From the NCBI RefSeq assembly GCF_964204645.1, contig NC_134027.1, positions 10,076,485-10,140,484 on the forward strand: DNA of 64,000 bases. Direction: 5' to 3'. Source of the DNA: Tubulanus polymorphus (Eukaryota > Animalia > Nemertea). The notes under the pieces were generated by a model. It saw only the letters and a list, made by a program, of their open reading frames with translations. It made no database searches and was not told the DNA's origin. Of this stretch, positions 40,754 through 54,600 are shown in pieces. The position numbers and the translations under genes are program-made. Every line of letters begins with the position of its first letter. Position 1 is the first letter of the stretch.

Positions 40754-41361
40754 AACAACTAATCTATGGGAGGAAACCACTCTCAGCGGACAATTACCTC
40801 AGTAGGCAGCACTTAACTGCATAATCTTAGAATGGATGCGAGGGACTTTATAGGTAATTAAGCCAAAAGATCATTAAAACCACGCATAGCATAGTCCCGA
40901 TAGCGTCATACTTGTATATATGGTTTGTATATTTGTTTCATGTATTTCTAATTTAATTTGCATTTATTTATCCACGCTTTTATCGTTTGTAAATACAAAC
41001 TGTCGCGTAAACGATGATGTAATCTTTGAAGCGATAGCCGGGGGGGGGGAAGCCAGGCGAGGTGTAAATATCGATGAACGATGATTTTAAATATAAACTG
41101 GATAAAAACTGATAAATTATTTGCTATGATGCAATAGAATTTGTATATAGAACGACAACAGAAGGTCATTAGTTTAGCATATGTTTTAATCTATGCATTT
41201 TATCGGATGATATCAGATATTTTTCTTGTGAATTGGTGCTGTGTTTGTTGTAAAGGTTTTTTAAAGATAGAAAGCAGGATTTAGAGGAATTGTTCGATAT
41301 AAATGTTCACGGTGTTCATGGTGGCATGATCAGAAACAAATTGTTGAAATAGGAATTATCA

Positions 41362-41640
41362 AATGGGATATCGGCAAGGCTACTGATTGAAGCGCGGATT
41401 CGGCGATAATGCGCCTGGATCGCTAGTGGCACTGGGTTACCGCGCTTCAATTTCTTAATTTTCCGATTAGTGAATCAATCTTTAGTGAAATGTATACCGT
41501 ACACTGAGTGAGAAAGGGGAACTGATGACTCATTTGATAATTTTCGGATATCAAGTTCAAATTTCATTGGAAATGAACTGATTTTCACTGTGAATAACCC
41601 AGTATTTTGTTGCGCCATCTGGTGTTGCCCGTATCCCATG
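41362..41640. mobile_element. MITE copy 2 (inverted relative to 34845-35179)
   Basis: AATGGGATATCGGCAA...TTGCCCGTATCCCAT. Internal GGATCGCTAGTGGCACTGGGTTACCGCGCTTCA is the reverse complement of the copy 1 block at about 35089-35121. Confidence 0.75.
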
Positions 41641-43467
41641 ATTACAACCATTGATGAAACGCTGTGTCCGTGTTTTGACGGTAAATTGTGAATCCCACAC
41701 TTTATATCTTACTCGTTATGTTAGTGTGGGATTCTCAATTTATTATCTCATTCTTGCAATATTAATTCTTCTTAAGGCTAGGCTAAATGAAATGGCTAAT
41801 ATCCTCATTAGAGCATTGTCTTCATTGTGCGAGATAAGTCATAGTTCCATCACTATGCCAGTTGCCACTGTTCTGGTGATGTTTTGCGTGTGAAGATAAC
41901 GAATTCCAACGTATATTGGCAGTCGTGAAAAAAAGTTTCATGTATCCGATTGATTTTTTCATAGATAGATTTCTTAATCCATTGGTTTACTTCATTGTGA
42001 TGCACAGTGTTTGGTTGTGTTCCGATTAAGACACTATTAGATTAACACGTTCTCTGCCAGCTAAGAATATACTTGTAATTTTGGTTCTGTCACCAGTGGC
42101 ACTACAAATATATTCGTAGATGATTCTTCCTATTTACAGTGAGATGTTTGTACTCTGGCACACAGTAATGACACAGTTCCTGATTGGCTGGCAATGTGAA
42201 GAAACTTCATTCTCAATGCTCACTGGTCATTTCAAACAAAGGCTGACTAAGTAACAGCTCCAGTGCCAACCTATGGATATATTCGTAGCGACAACTGGGG
42301 GCACTGCATCATCAAGCTGGCAGCGAACCTGTAAATAAGAGTCATTGAATTGCCTATCCAGTTGATATAGAAAGGACCAATCAATTGTATGGTGATCACC
42401 GAAGTAAAACGTCCATAAAACCATTATGCAATTTCTGTAAAATCGTCACTCGGTTTCGAAAAAGTGTTCTTCCAGATACTTCGTAGCCGGTGCAGCATTG
42501 TATGTAAAAATTCAGGCCGAAGATGGAAAACATAGGCCAGTTCCTTGGCAGGGATTCGATTCCGTTGGCATTGCGAGACTCCCATGGTACAATACCATGT
42601 GCGAATCGGCCCAGTGCACATGAAGCTGCACAGCATTGCCATTTTGTCATCAAACAGGCAATCAGAAAAGTATATGCATGTTGGGTTTATCCATGCTGAG
42701 AGTCTTGTGATGCCATCAGAATTCCTGTAAACAGAGGATGGTGAGAAGGGAGATTTTAATTGTGGTAGCCAATAGATTGTGAATTCATAATCAGGAACCG
42801 GTTCCTCAGTTAAAGTTTCATTCAAAGGTTAAAAACATGGGGAATGAACTAATTCGATGACTCAGGCAAACCCAAGAACTTTGGAACTGGGTCCAGTAAA
42901 TGGTGTCGATGTGAAATTAGAACCTGGCTTAAATCTTTGTGCTTACCATTAGTCGGTGCATGTTCTTTTATTGGTGGTCAGTTTCTTTTTTTTCAATCAT
43001 GAGACACCATAAAGAAAACGATAGGTGATTGATTTATATTTTTTCCATAAAAGAAGCAAATTGTTGATCTGTTCTTGATAAAAATGACTGCTGGACAAGT
43101 GAGTGTGTAAACATTATTAAATTTCCCTCCAAAATGTCATTTTTCAATGATTTAGTACACTTAATGTGTATATATCTAAATTGAAATAAAAACTAAAGAT
43201 TGAAAAAACATCTCCTGTGTCATGTTACATTTTCTTTTCTCTTACACCTTTGCATCTATTTCCTTCAAAGCACAGATGTTGCAATGGCTTGAGATTTTGG
43301 ACCTAGTTCCGGTTAGTAAAAGGCTGAACTGAAACTCTAACTAATTAAGACTCTTTAAGAGGATAGACTGGGTGTGAAGAGGACTTCAAGATGATTAAGT
43401 AACTGATGGTTTGTAGTAGTAAGGCCTAAAAGAAAAAACGCACTTCGAAATTGATTTTCAAGCCACT

Positions 43468-44611
43468 TAAGCCTAGCGTACATCGGAATAGGTTCAAACC
43501 CGATTGGCATTGGTTATCGATTCTGGGTGGTTTCGTTGGGGCCAGATAAAAAGACAATTGATTATCAATTATATATTCCCTAAATTAAACTCAAATCAAA
43601 CCAATTTGGCTTTAATCGCCACCTATTGGAATTTCGCTGAACTGACCAGATTGCTCTCACTTGTCTCCCTTGCTCTTCTTCGATGTATTGTAATCGCACT
43701 CGCCATCTGGTGGATTGATGTAGTAGTTTAACGTTTTTTTGAATTGATCCACTAGATGGCGAGTGTGATTTTAACACATTAAAGAAGAGCTAGAGATAAA
43801 AAGGCGATGTAATCAGTTCGGCAAAATTCCAATAGTTGGCGACCTAATGATGGCTTAGGGTACTGAATAAGATACTGAAGGAGTTCGAGCCCAGTCTATT
43901 GTGACTGATTATTTGTGATCTGGATACTGAGAGATGAAAAACGGGGGTGTCCCGGGCTCGAACCCTGTCTATTGTTTCTGATTCTGAGTGATCTGTATAC
44001 TATCCAGATAACAAACGGGTTGTCCCAGGTTCGAATACGGTCTATTACTATATGAAAATAGAATGAATTCTTTGCAAATGATCTATTGTGATAGTTCAGT
44101 GGAAATCTGAGGGGTTAGAGCATCGAAATGTCCTTTGGATCCCAAATGATATCACAAAAACCTCCCGAAATCATGATATATAGCAACTGATAATGTCCAG
44201 TTGCTAGTGAGCAAGTACCCTGCGCACATAGAAATTCTAGCAAAACCAGCAACTGCGTGGCTCGTGCGAGTCTCTAGGTCCACAGCGCACATTGATGGCA
44301 ACTGAGTTGTATTATCTAGCAAATATTCTAGAAGGCATCACAAGTCACATGTCAAATTGCTTTGTTTTATTCAGTTACGCCACGTGTTGATGATTACGGA
44401 GCGCTTACATCGCTGTCACTTAGTACAACTAGTTGCTAAAAAGTAGAACATGGGAAACTGGCTGGAACTGGAGATAGATCGTTGCTTACCAATCGTAAGC
44501 TCGGTCACATCGACAAATTCAAGCAACTGATTGTATCCAGCCAGTTCCTCACATGCGCCGAAAACTGCCTCCAATGTTTCCAATCGCAGTGTCGATGTAC
44601 ACTAGGCTTTA
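43468..44611. mobile_element. ~1.14-kb non-autonomous TIR element (Harbinger-like ends) with nested hairpin
   Basis: TIRs AAGCCTAGCGTACATCG / CGATGTACACTAGGCTT (1 mismatch) with TA-rich flanks. Confidence 0.6.
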
Positions 44612-46969
44612 GATCTCCTTTCTACAAACCATGAAACTGGAAGGCAAGATGCACTTTCCATTGACAAGGAGAAAACATACAAAACAACAATTATTATCAC
44701 AATGGATAGGAAACTGCTTGCATCTTGTGTCTGCGACTGGGACATCGCTGTCTAATTCAATTCTTTAGTCTAGACTCACTTTGCTTTGTTTAGTATCGAG
44801 TGAGTGGTTTACGTGTGAACACACTCAAATTAGGCACGGGCCAAGGGCCTGATCCGTGTCTATTTGGTTGGCCCAAATGGTCTCCGTGTGATTGCAGCTA
44901 ATGTCTATCATTATCAATATTATTATTAAACAGTCCAGTTTCGGGGGTTCCTTAAATTCCATTAGAGTATTAAAGCTTGAATTCCAGTAACAATAGCTAT
45001 CAGTTAATTTCTTATAAAATATGAATTCTATTTTTCAATTATTTATCAACAAAATGATACAAATAAGACAGATATATATTATTAGCACATACATATTTAA
45101 ATTCTAGAGAGTAATTACAGATATCTATGATAGTCAATAAATAACCTACAGCATTTCAACCTTACAGCAACACAGACATGACAATTCCATTTTTGCAAAT
45201 ATATACTTGTAGATTTAAAGCATTCAAGTGTTTTGGCAACCTTTTCATACATCATACTATTTCTGAGAAGTGAGATAAAGAATACATGTACATGTACATG
45301 AACATGGATAAGATCCAAGACACAAACTGGTGGAAGGTGAACTTGGCTGAAAATGAGCTTTCAGCATGCCTGAAACTGTCAATTTCTACCAAAAATGGGC
45401 AGGTGAGCTTGAGCCAAGAACTGATAGATTTGTTCCATGTAACAACATTCATTTCCTCCAGTGGGGACATGGATCCGTTCAAATTCTATTCTCACGGTGT
45501 CTTGAGGGTAATTTGTGGTTTTCTATCATAAAGTATTGAACACATAATTGATCATAGATTAGTTTCAACTCTGCAAGCATTTTGTTTACCCTTTGCTCAT
45601 TGTTTTAGATAAAAGGAAATCGTCGAAATTGATGGCTACGAACAACCAATAAAATCAGATATACATGACCACCGATACTAAATGGATGAACCAATCTCCA
45701 GTAGGTAGTGGAGTATTTACACGGCAGATCCATTTCATCATATCTTAAAGATGATTCGTAGTTTTCCAATTAAGCAAACTAGCCTATATCACTATTATTT
45801 ATTATTTAAAGCGCATGTTAAAAGGTATATCGGCAATCGTAACATTGATTACATTGAGACGTGTAATGAGAGGAAACATCAAGTGGCATTGAACCAAACA
45901 AAAGAGAAGACTATATCTCCAGAGGGCACTGTGTCCTTGCTTGGTCTGATTCATCATGTATTCAAGGTAATTCATAATTTCAGTGAACTAAAATGAACTG
46001 TATATAGTACATTTTTTGTCAAACTATTTATCCTTTGAATTGTTTTAGATAAGGAAAATATCGAAAATAATGGCATCCAACTAACAGACAAGAATATCAT
46101 AAATGAAATACTGGACGACCCATCCTATACATGATCTATTCGCAAATTTATGATTTATGGTCGATAAATATCATTTATTATTGATTTGTTTACAAGGAAC
46201 TATGTGTCGAAGAATTTTCGATGCCCAGCGTAACCCATCGACAATAATTTTGCTCCAGACAAATCAGAAAGGCAAGGAAAAGGATCAAAAAAGTTGATGC
46301 GATTGAAGCAAATGGACAAGACTGCCGATATTGTAGACAAATCAGAGCTTATCGATTCAAATAAACTACTGAATATCTCGAATAGCCAGTGTGGAATGAG
46401 TCCATGCAGATTTCTATCTTGGGGGCAATCTAATAGACTATCTGAGATTTTACATTTTTGTAAACAATAGACTATTACTTCGTATCGTATCGATGATTTG
46501 TTCACAAGGTTTTACAGTATTTATGACGCAAGGTACATACCAGTCGAGGGTAAGACTTCAATGTCTATATATAAGATTCAGAGAAGGAAGGAACCACAGA
46601 AAATAACGCAAATGAAGATAATATAATGATATTCAACTCAACACAGCTAAGGAGTCACTGAATAAAACTAGATACTCTTAATCATCATTATTATAAGGAA
46701 GCTTACAAATTTGGAATATTGCCCCTATGTTTCCGCTGCTATACTTAGAAACGAATTGGAAAAATGTCTCATAGTAACTTCATCAATGCCTAATCTATCT
46801 ATCTGTTCTATCAAAGTTCATTCTATTCATTCATACAAAAATCAATTACTCGTCATTTCTACAGCAATAACCATTTTCCTCCAAAAGAATTATTCACTTC
46901 TATATTATGACTATACAGCGATCACGAATATATTTCCGGTCGAAGAACTCCAAAAATGATGTAGCACCA

Positions 46970-49509
46970 TCACGAAGATTTGTAGACGCCCAACGTCGCC
47001 TTGTTGTGACTTTTGATGAGTAAATTGCTGAAAAATTGAAAGAAAATTTGATTAGAAATTACGCAAGGTGTGACAAAAAACAGATGGGTAGCGCTGACAA
47101 AGAAGCGCCAAGACCATGAGATTTGAATAAACTTCTGATCAAGTTGTAATATCTAAAGGCATATCAAAAACCTTTATAGCATTTCAAAATCCCTTAGTTC
47201 ACACCTACAAATCATTCAAAAAGGGCTCCTACACTGAAAGATATGTGGTCAGTCTAAAATTCCATTATTAGGAAAGAAACTTCGCACACATATTCGATTG
47301 AAACTGCTCACCACTTCATCGTTTGGAAAATACAACCTATCCACTACGCTCTGGCTATTCATTTGAGGATGCAGCTACCCATTTCATTTACGAAAGTCAT
47401 TCCCCTACTTTGAAATCACAATTTATATTGCCTTCTCTTGCCTGTCTTATTAGCTATTTTGTTAGCTAATAACAATCAATCGAAAATTGGTTCCATTTCT
47501 CGTAATCTAGTCAATGACCTCGTTACCCTAAGATCTAGTATTCTGTCTTATTCAACTTCAATTAAGTAGGCTATAATGTTTGCCTTTGCACATTAATTAA
47601 ATGCATACGTATATAGATTTATCATGTTACTTTTAATTTTTTCATGAAAACCATTTTAACTACTATTTGTATTGATTAATCGAAAATGTATTTCGCTTAA
47701 TATGTTTATTTGCACGTAGTCGATAAAAGATCTGAATAGAATTGAATAATAGTTCGCCAGAGAGCAGTTTTTGATAATTACCATCCGTCCGACTGTAGAC
47801 TGATCACCGGGGTTCGGCTGATATCGGGATGTAGCGATTCGACTTGTTGGGCGATGGCGTGAATCAGACCGGCGTTTATTGGATTGTTGTATCCTGATGA
47901 TGTCAGACAAAGTCCCTGCCGATCGGTACAAACCGTTCCGAGGACACCCTGCTGTTTGGTGGTGCTGAAAGGCATACGAATCATTCATTCATTGAAAATG
48001 CAGGCAACATTTAGGCCTATCAACCTGATGCATGGTTTCTGTACTTTTTCCCTATTCAACCACATTCAAAGAGACTTTTTGATAATCTTTCAATAGTGTA
48101 AAATGGATTAACAATCAATTTCATTAGGTCAGCTGCCCATCTCCATGTGCTGGTCATTTTAAGATTGGTTTTTTGGCTTTACTACCAAAAACAACTTGAG
48201 AAACGTCAGAAACTTGTCCCAATTGACAGTGATTAAGTATCAATGACCAACTCCAGAATCCCTGGCCACACTGGTCATTGATACTGGTTTTATTCATTCA
48301 CTATCAATAATTGTCACTCTTGTGACAAAGTCCATAGCGTAGCGTTCAGGAAGAAATGTCAATTTCAAACTGACTGAATTAAGCCAACCGACATCCCCTC
48401 AAGTTAAGTCGAAAATTACATAGACATTAGTCATCTTTCTCAAGAAAGGGGTTTGTAGAGAATACGTGAATCATTGATTATTATCATGATGAGGAAAATG
48501 TCAATAAAACTTTAATTGATTTGAATTGAATAAATAGCAGTTTGATTCTATTTAGTCAGTAACCTCTCTGTGGTTTAGTTTCACAATCGGATATTTTCAC
48601 AAACCACAGTCAGGAATGGGAAGGTCATTTTTGTATGAAATCTTCGTCAGCCAATTTGACTGACGAGTAATTTGCCTGGCATTTCATTTTCTCTTAAGAT
48701 ATCCGTCTAATTTTTGTTGTAATCGACGCACAACAGATTCGTAGTTTGTCTGATACCTATAACACCTCACCTGACGATCTTAATCCATGTGCAAATCGGC
48801 CGTAAAGTGAGAGTAAATTTCCGTAGAGTCAACAGCTGCCATTTTGAAAATTACTGGAGGTGCTGGCACCTGTGGACTGAGGCCAGGACAACAGCACAAA
48901 CTAACAAAGCGAAACGACGAAATTGAAAAATATTAAGAAATCAACACTTATTCACATTTTTCTTTTACCAGAATTTATTATTTAAATATTAATTAAGGAA
49001 AACACGAAGATTTGAAATATAGGTTGGAAAACCATCAAAAATAAAAATTGTCGTTTCGTCTTGGAAGTTTTATATAAATCCTTGTAGGTCCCCTTGTCTT
49101 ATCATGCCACATGTGCAATACAGAGAAATGGCGGCCAATGGCGAAATTTGTGGAGAAATTAATTAATTTCTCAAAATAATGTTGATTAATCACTCGAAAC
49201 ATGCATAAAATTGGATTATTTCGAAAGGTACCTGTGTAAGTTTGTGAAATAAGCCATTAATTGTGGACTGAAGTGGATAGAAAGTATATTTTTGAAGTGT
49301 TACTTTTTTCAACCGTGTTTTGGCCCTTGTCATCCCTAACGTTGGTATAAGCCCATCCGATTATAAAAGCTTACCACCAACGATTAGGTAACTAACTAGA
49401 TTCTATTGAAACTTAATTCCTGGAATTCATGAAATATTGCTTGCTTGCAATTCATGCCTAAACATTCTTCTTACATTTCATCAACGACCTTTCCGAGCGT
49501 CTTCTCCAT
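46970..49509 (-). CDS. LAMTOR5: Ragulator complex subunit LAMTOR5 (HBXIP), 91 aa
   Basis: Exons 49509-49475, 47964-47782, 47027-46970 (276 nt, GT-AG, phase 2/2) give MEKTLGKVVDEITTKQQGVLGTVCTDRQGLCLTSSG...AGLIHAIAQQ...PVISLQSDGCNLLIKSHNKATLGVYKSS. This matches the LAMTOR5 pattern G..CTD.QGL.L...G...AG.I...AQQ...PV..L.SD. Confidence 0.92.
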
Positions 49510-49582
49510 GACTTAATCCTGTTTAGGCCTATAAGTTTCTGTAAATTCAATTCAAATTCTGAAAAGCCTTGGTCGATGGCTA

Positions 49583-49592
49583 GTGACGTCAC
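49583..49592. promoter_or_regulatory. Palindromic CRE (TGACGTCA) upstream of LAMTOR5
   Basis: Perfect 10-bp palindrome GTGACGTCAC about 75 bp upstream of the ATG. Confidence 0.5.
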
Positions 49593-50302
49593 AGGTTCCA
49601 AGCAGTTCGAACCCCACAATATGTGAAATCATCACGGCCGCTCAGCGCGCAAATTCTATTTCAACATATTATATCCACACGCCGTTTTTTCTCAATCAGT
49701 AAAATATGATATCACAAGTTTTCACAGTTCTGAATCCACTACATCCACAGTTATCGACCAATTTCCACAGTTCTGGATCAACTTCAGTTCTGGTCCCTTA
49801 AGATGTCTTCCTTGTTACTTAACTTTTGTCTCCAGGAAAAAACAGACGAGCAGTGTAAGAATTAAAAGTTTTTATTTTTTCCTTTATAAATCAGCCTACA
49901 AACAATCATAACACAAGTTTTTAATAATTTCAATGTCAATTTTGTGCCACACTTGGATTAATCACAAGCTTAGATTAATCACTGGAAATATATAAACCAG
50001 ATAATGTTATTACAAAAAACAATTTGCCGGTATCAGAATTAATTCCAGAGAAAACAGCATCTAAGTATTTCTAATGGAGAAGAACTCACCTTATTTGGAT
50101 GACTATGGATGCCCAGATTTCTTTGAATTAAGTGAAATCAGAATTATGAATAATAGTTTACGTGGTTCCAGGTTCAACTGTTTCATTTGAATTAAGAAAA
50201 AAAATCTGCATTGAAAAATCTGAATTAAGCGAGTTCTAATGTAAATTCCATTTTTGTAAATGAAACTTAACATCAAAATGTGGAGTGACATGAACACCTA
50301 AA

Positions 50303-50538
50303 TTGCCATGAAAACCCAGGGGCCAGTTGCTCAAAAGTTGGTTAAAGATACCTGGCAGATGAACTTTTAAGTCACTAAGTCAACTATCTGCTGGTTAAAT
50401 CTAACTAACTTGCCATGAAAACCCAGGGGCCAGTTGCTCAAAAGTTGGTTAAATATACCTGGCAGATAAACAATGAACTTTTAAGTCACTAAGTCAACTA
50501 TCTGCTGGTTAAATCTAACCAACTTTAGGGCAACTGCC
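50303..50538. repeat. Tandem duplication (~107-bp period) of a palindromic MITE in the probable TRPV 3' UTR
   Basis: TTGCCATGAAAACCCAGGGGCCAGTTGCTCAAAAGTTGGTTAAA occurs at 50303 and 50410. Confidence 0.8.
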
Positions 50539-51679
50539 TCCTGTATTCATTTTTTGATGACCAGGCCTTCCTGTCCCTTCGCAACAATTAGTGCTATCTT
50601 TTATAAAAATACTTATTCATCTATTTTCAAGCATTCATCTGAAACAAGTTCACTGGATTCTCAAATATCTCTTTATTAACATTTGACATCATATCTATTC
50701 ACATACACGGCTCATCTTAAGTCAGAATAAATGGACGGAAGCTTTGTAATTAGTTTGCTGGATCTAGTTTCATAAAATAGTTCGAGCGAATCAACCAAAA
50801 CTTGAAATAAATTTTCCACGAAACCAGACTCCAGAGTCAATTTTTGTATAACGCATATGATACATACCGGGTACACACAAAACATGCACATGTCAACAAA
50901 GGGATAAACTAAAATATAAAAATTTGTTATCACATTGCTGCAAACAAGGAACAAACCGCTCCTAATCAATCCCGCTGAAATTGGGATTGGTGCAATTTCT
51001 GGCATTTTAAGAGGAATGTTATCTGAATTGAAATATTTTGCTAGAATAAATCAGAAAATTCAGATGTCTCACTTAAATCAAGCAATTCAAACATGATTCC
51101 AAGCCTGATTTCAAGCCCTGATTATTTCTCCATATCAGTACTATTCATAATAAGCCACCAAAACCAAGCATTCAGATGATATCCGAAGTATCATAGGATC
51201 TGTGAAATCTTTTATTGAATGCTGGCTAACATGACACTTCATACATATCAATGGGACTTATTCTGGAGATGAACGGTAAATAAAACAGAGCTACATTTGT
51301 ATTGATAACCTATCAAAGTGACATACCAATCTTGAATGTTTGAAAAATGCACCTTTTGAATATATTCCTTATTCATTTCAAACATATCTTTTACCAATTG
51401 AGGTGGCCTTTCTGTCAAGACCGCGATAGTTAAAACCTGCAAATCTCATATTCATCCTTTCCGAATTTGCATATTTTATGATGTTTTCTTCAAAAATATA
51501 TTAACACCAAGGGTGGGATTCTACTAATGACCTTTGACACAGCTGATTAATGCAAGAAATGCCTTTTCTTAACTTCAGGATCCTAGCCTTTAAATTTTCC
51601 TAGATCCACCCCTGTATCAAATTAATTTATTAAACATACATACAAAGCCATCTATCTGCATAAATTATCGATCAATTTG

Positions 51680-54600
51680 TCACAATTTCGAGTCTCGTTC
51701 AACATCAGATTCATCGGCGTCACTTGTCAGTTCGCCGCGATTTTTATCGCCCGACGATATCGACAATGTGCTCGCGCTCGTGCGCTTGATTATTATCTTC
51801 TCCGTTTTGACCGGCGACGGCGCAGTCATACGCAGCGACGGCAACGACGCTTTCGATCGCTTTCTACGCCGTTCGATCAACGATTTCTTACTGCCTGCCG
51901 AACTCGAACTATCGCGCACTTGTTGGGTTGCGTTCGGCAACGAAATCATAACTTCGCCGCCGTCGGCCGAGTTATCCGGATATATCTCCGAACAGTTCGG
52001 ATTAATGTACCCGAACTTATCAAACTGTCTCGTAGGTGCCTTCACCAGCGGAATGCGATCGTCTTCGTTAGTAGCGGCAGAACGATCGCTTTTCGGCGCG
52101 TCATTCGAAACGCCGACGACGTTCCGTGGGCTGCCGGTCGTTTTCACTTCGAGATTAATGTCTTTCTCCCATGCTAGCTGTTTGATCGCCGACGTTAAAC
52201 TGTTTTCTTGTTGATCGTAGCTCGTCGAATAGCGCGAGGTCAAGCTGCGTGGCGTGATTTTCTGATCGTTGTTGTCCGTGTTGTCCTCGTACGTCGACCG
52301 GCGTCGTTTCGTCGAACGTTGCATCGCCGGTATGTTCAGATCGTGCTCCCACGCCAGCTGCTCTAGAGCATTCGTGATGCTTTTGTTACTGGAACGCGAC
52401 GTCGCGCTGTCGCGACGTTGAATACCGTATCCCGGCTGTAACAGAAACGATTGTCTTGGCGTTGAAATCTTTACCGTTCGACGCCAATCGGGGAAACGGA
52501 ATTCATTTGTATTTCCGGCGCTGTGGTGCGCTTTAATCAGCTGTTTCACTTCATAGAAAAAGCGCTGAAAAACAAGAAAATTCTTTAAAAATTTCAAATA
52601 CGGTAAATGGCAACTTGAAAAGACAGCAGATGGGATTTGATAAGTATCAAAGAAAGAGGAAATAGTTACAACATCCATTGATGCCTATTAGAAATAATTA
52701 GCAAATTACTTTGACAAACTAGGGGTCCAGGGACACCATGCCCACTTGGAAAGTGGTTTGAAATGCTCAACAATCAGACAATTTCAATATTCCACACCTC
52801 CTTGTGAACATACTTTGAAAAAACAAAACTCACCACATTATAGGAGGTGCCATGAGCTACAATTTTGCAATTGATTATGGTAACAAAATATGCCTAGGTA
52901 CCAATATAATATGGAAAAGTGAATGCAACAGTGAGCTGCAAAAGCGGATGCAATAGACTTCAGTCCCAAAAGTGGGCTAAAAAGAAAATTGACTTTTCTG
53001 AGAGTACAAACTTATCTATAGACTGCACATCACCTCAAAATTACAATTTTTGGAACTAAAATTTGTATTTCCGAGTAGTACTTACCCTTTCCTATGGTTT
53101 TTGCCAATATTTTCTAAATTTGGATTTATCGCCAATGGTTTTTCTATACGACCCGGCCCTGCGGTATTGCATTTAGCCACCGGCGAAATCCGCCATCTTT
53201 TTACGTCATAGCAGACCAAAAAAAACAGCTATGCGGGGCAGGTGGGCGGGATTCCCACCATAGGAAAGGGTAAGTACTACTCGGAAATACAAATTTTAGT
53301 TCCAAAAATTGTAATATTTCCGTCGAGTACTGTACCCTTTCCTATGGTACCTATTTCCTTTGCTAGACTAGCCTAGCACAAGGATGGTGGGAAAGGTAGA
53401 TAGAAAAACCACCGCTCAAACGCAAGGTAAGAGGGAAAAAGAGAGCACTTACCCAAGCACGGAATGGAGCACTGTAGCACAGGGAAGACCGGTTGGCCAC
53501 AGTGAGTCCGTCCAGCTCAGGGGCCCCCCAGAATTTTGCGAAATTAATACTTGCAGATATGAGCCCAAACTATGTACAAGGATACACCCCCTGTGATCCT
53601 GATAATGCTACATAAATATTCTACATTAAAGGGTCCGATCGGAAAGAACGGACACCTTGAGCCATGACAACAGGACCAAGTGAAGCTAATGAGCCTAACT
53701 GGCCTGAAACATACCGTAAATAAAATGACGTGAATGTCGACGGTGAATTCCAAAAGGCGGCCCGACAGACTTCCTCCAACGGAGCACCCGAAAAGGCTGC
53801 GCAGGAAGTAGCCATAGACCTCACTTGATGAGAAACGACTCCCTCCGAGGAAAGATTCTCCTTCAATAAAATGTCCTTGATCATTGAAGAGACCCATCGG
53901 GCTACTGTGTCCCGCGAAATATCCCCCTTTAGGTGATCCAGCAGCGGAATAAATAACCGCTCCCGTGAACCCCTCCGTGAAGCAGAGCGATCTAAATAGA
54001 AACACAACGCCCGCACAGGACATAAAGTCCTGTCCGGGATGCCCGGTTCCACTCGATGTTTTAGGGCTTCAATTCGCCATTGACGCCCAACCGAGCCTGG
54101 TTGTTGGTTCTTTGCCAAAAATTCCAAAGCAGGCCGCAGCGAAACAAATTCATTCGCTGGCCCAAAGACAATATGACCTTGTCGGACTGAAAGCGCATGA
54201 ATCTCAGAGCGACGGGCCGAGCAAGCCAAGAACAGCAAAAATACAGTCTTTTTTGACAAATTTGCAAATGACGCTGCCGAAAGAGGTTCAAATGGAGCCT
54301 CCATTAACTTCTTCAAAATTACAGACAGATCCCATGGTGGAACTGTCCTTGTTACCCGAGGCCGGGAAATAGAAAAACCAGCAACCAGCTGGGATATCCG
54401 ATGATCCCCTGCTACATTTGGCCATCCAGAAGCACGCAATGTATGAGAAATCGCGGAGCGGTAACCTTTAATAGTTATGACCTGTAAACCTTTTACTACA
54501 AATAGGTGCAGTAAAAAATCTGCCAATTGAGCTACAGAGGGTGAGCATGGATCAATTTCCCCTGCAGCACACCAATCCGCAAAATGACTCCATTTGGCAT

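Noticed and set aside
42227-42825. Minus-strand ORFs of 133, 85 and 65 aa with an acceptor-like site near 42725
   Set aside because: No recognisable domain, and all frames are interrupted; cannot be supported as coding without a homology search.
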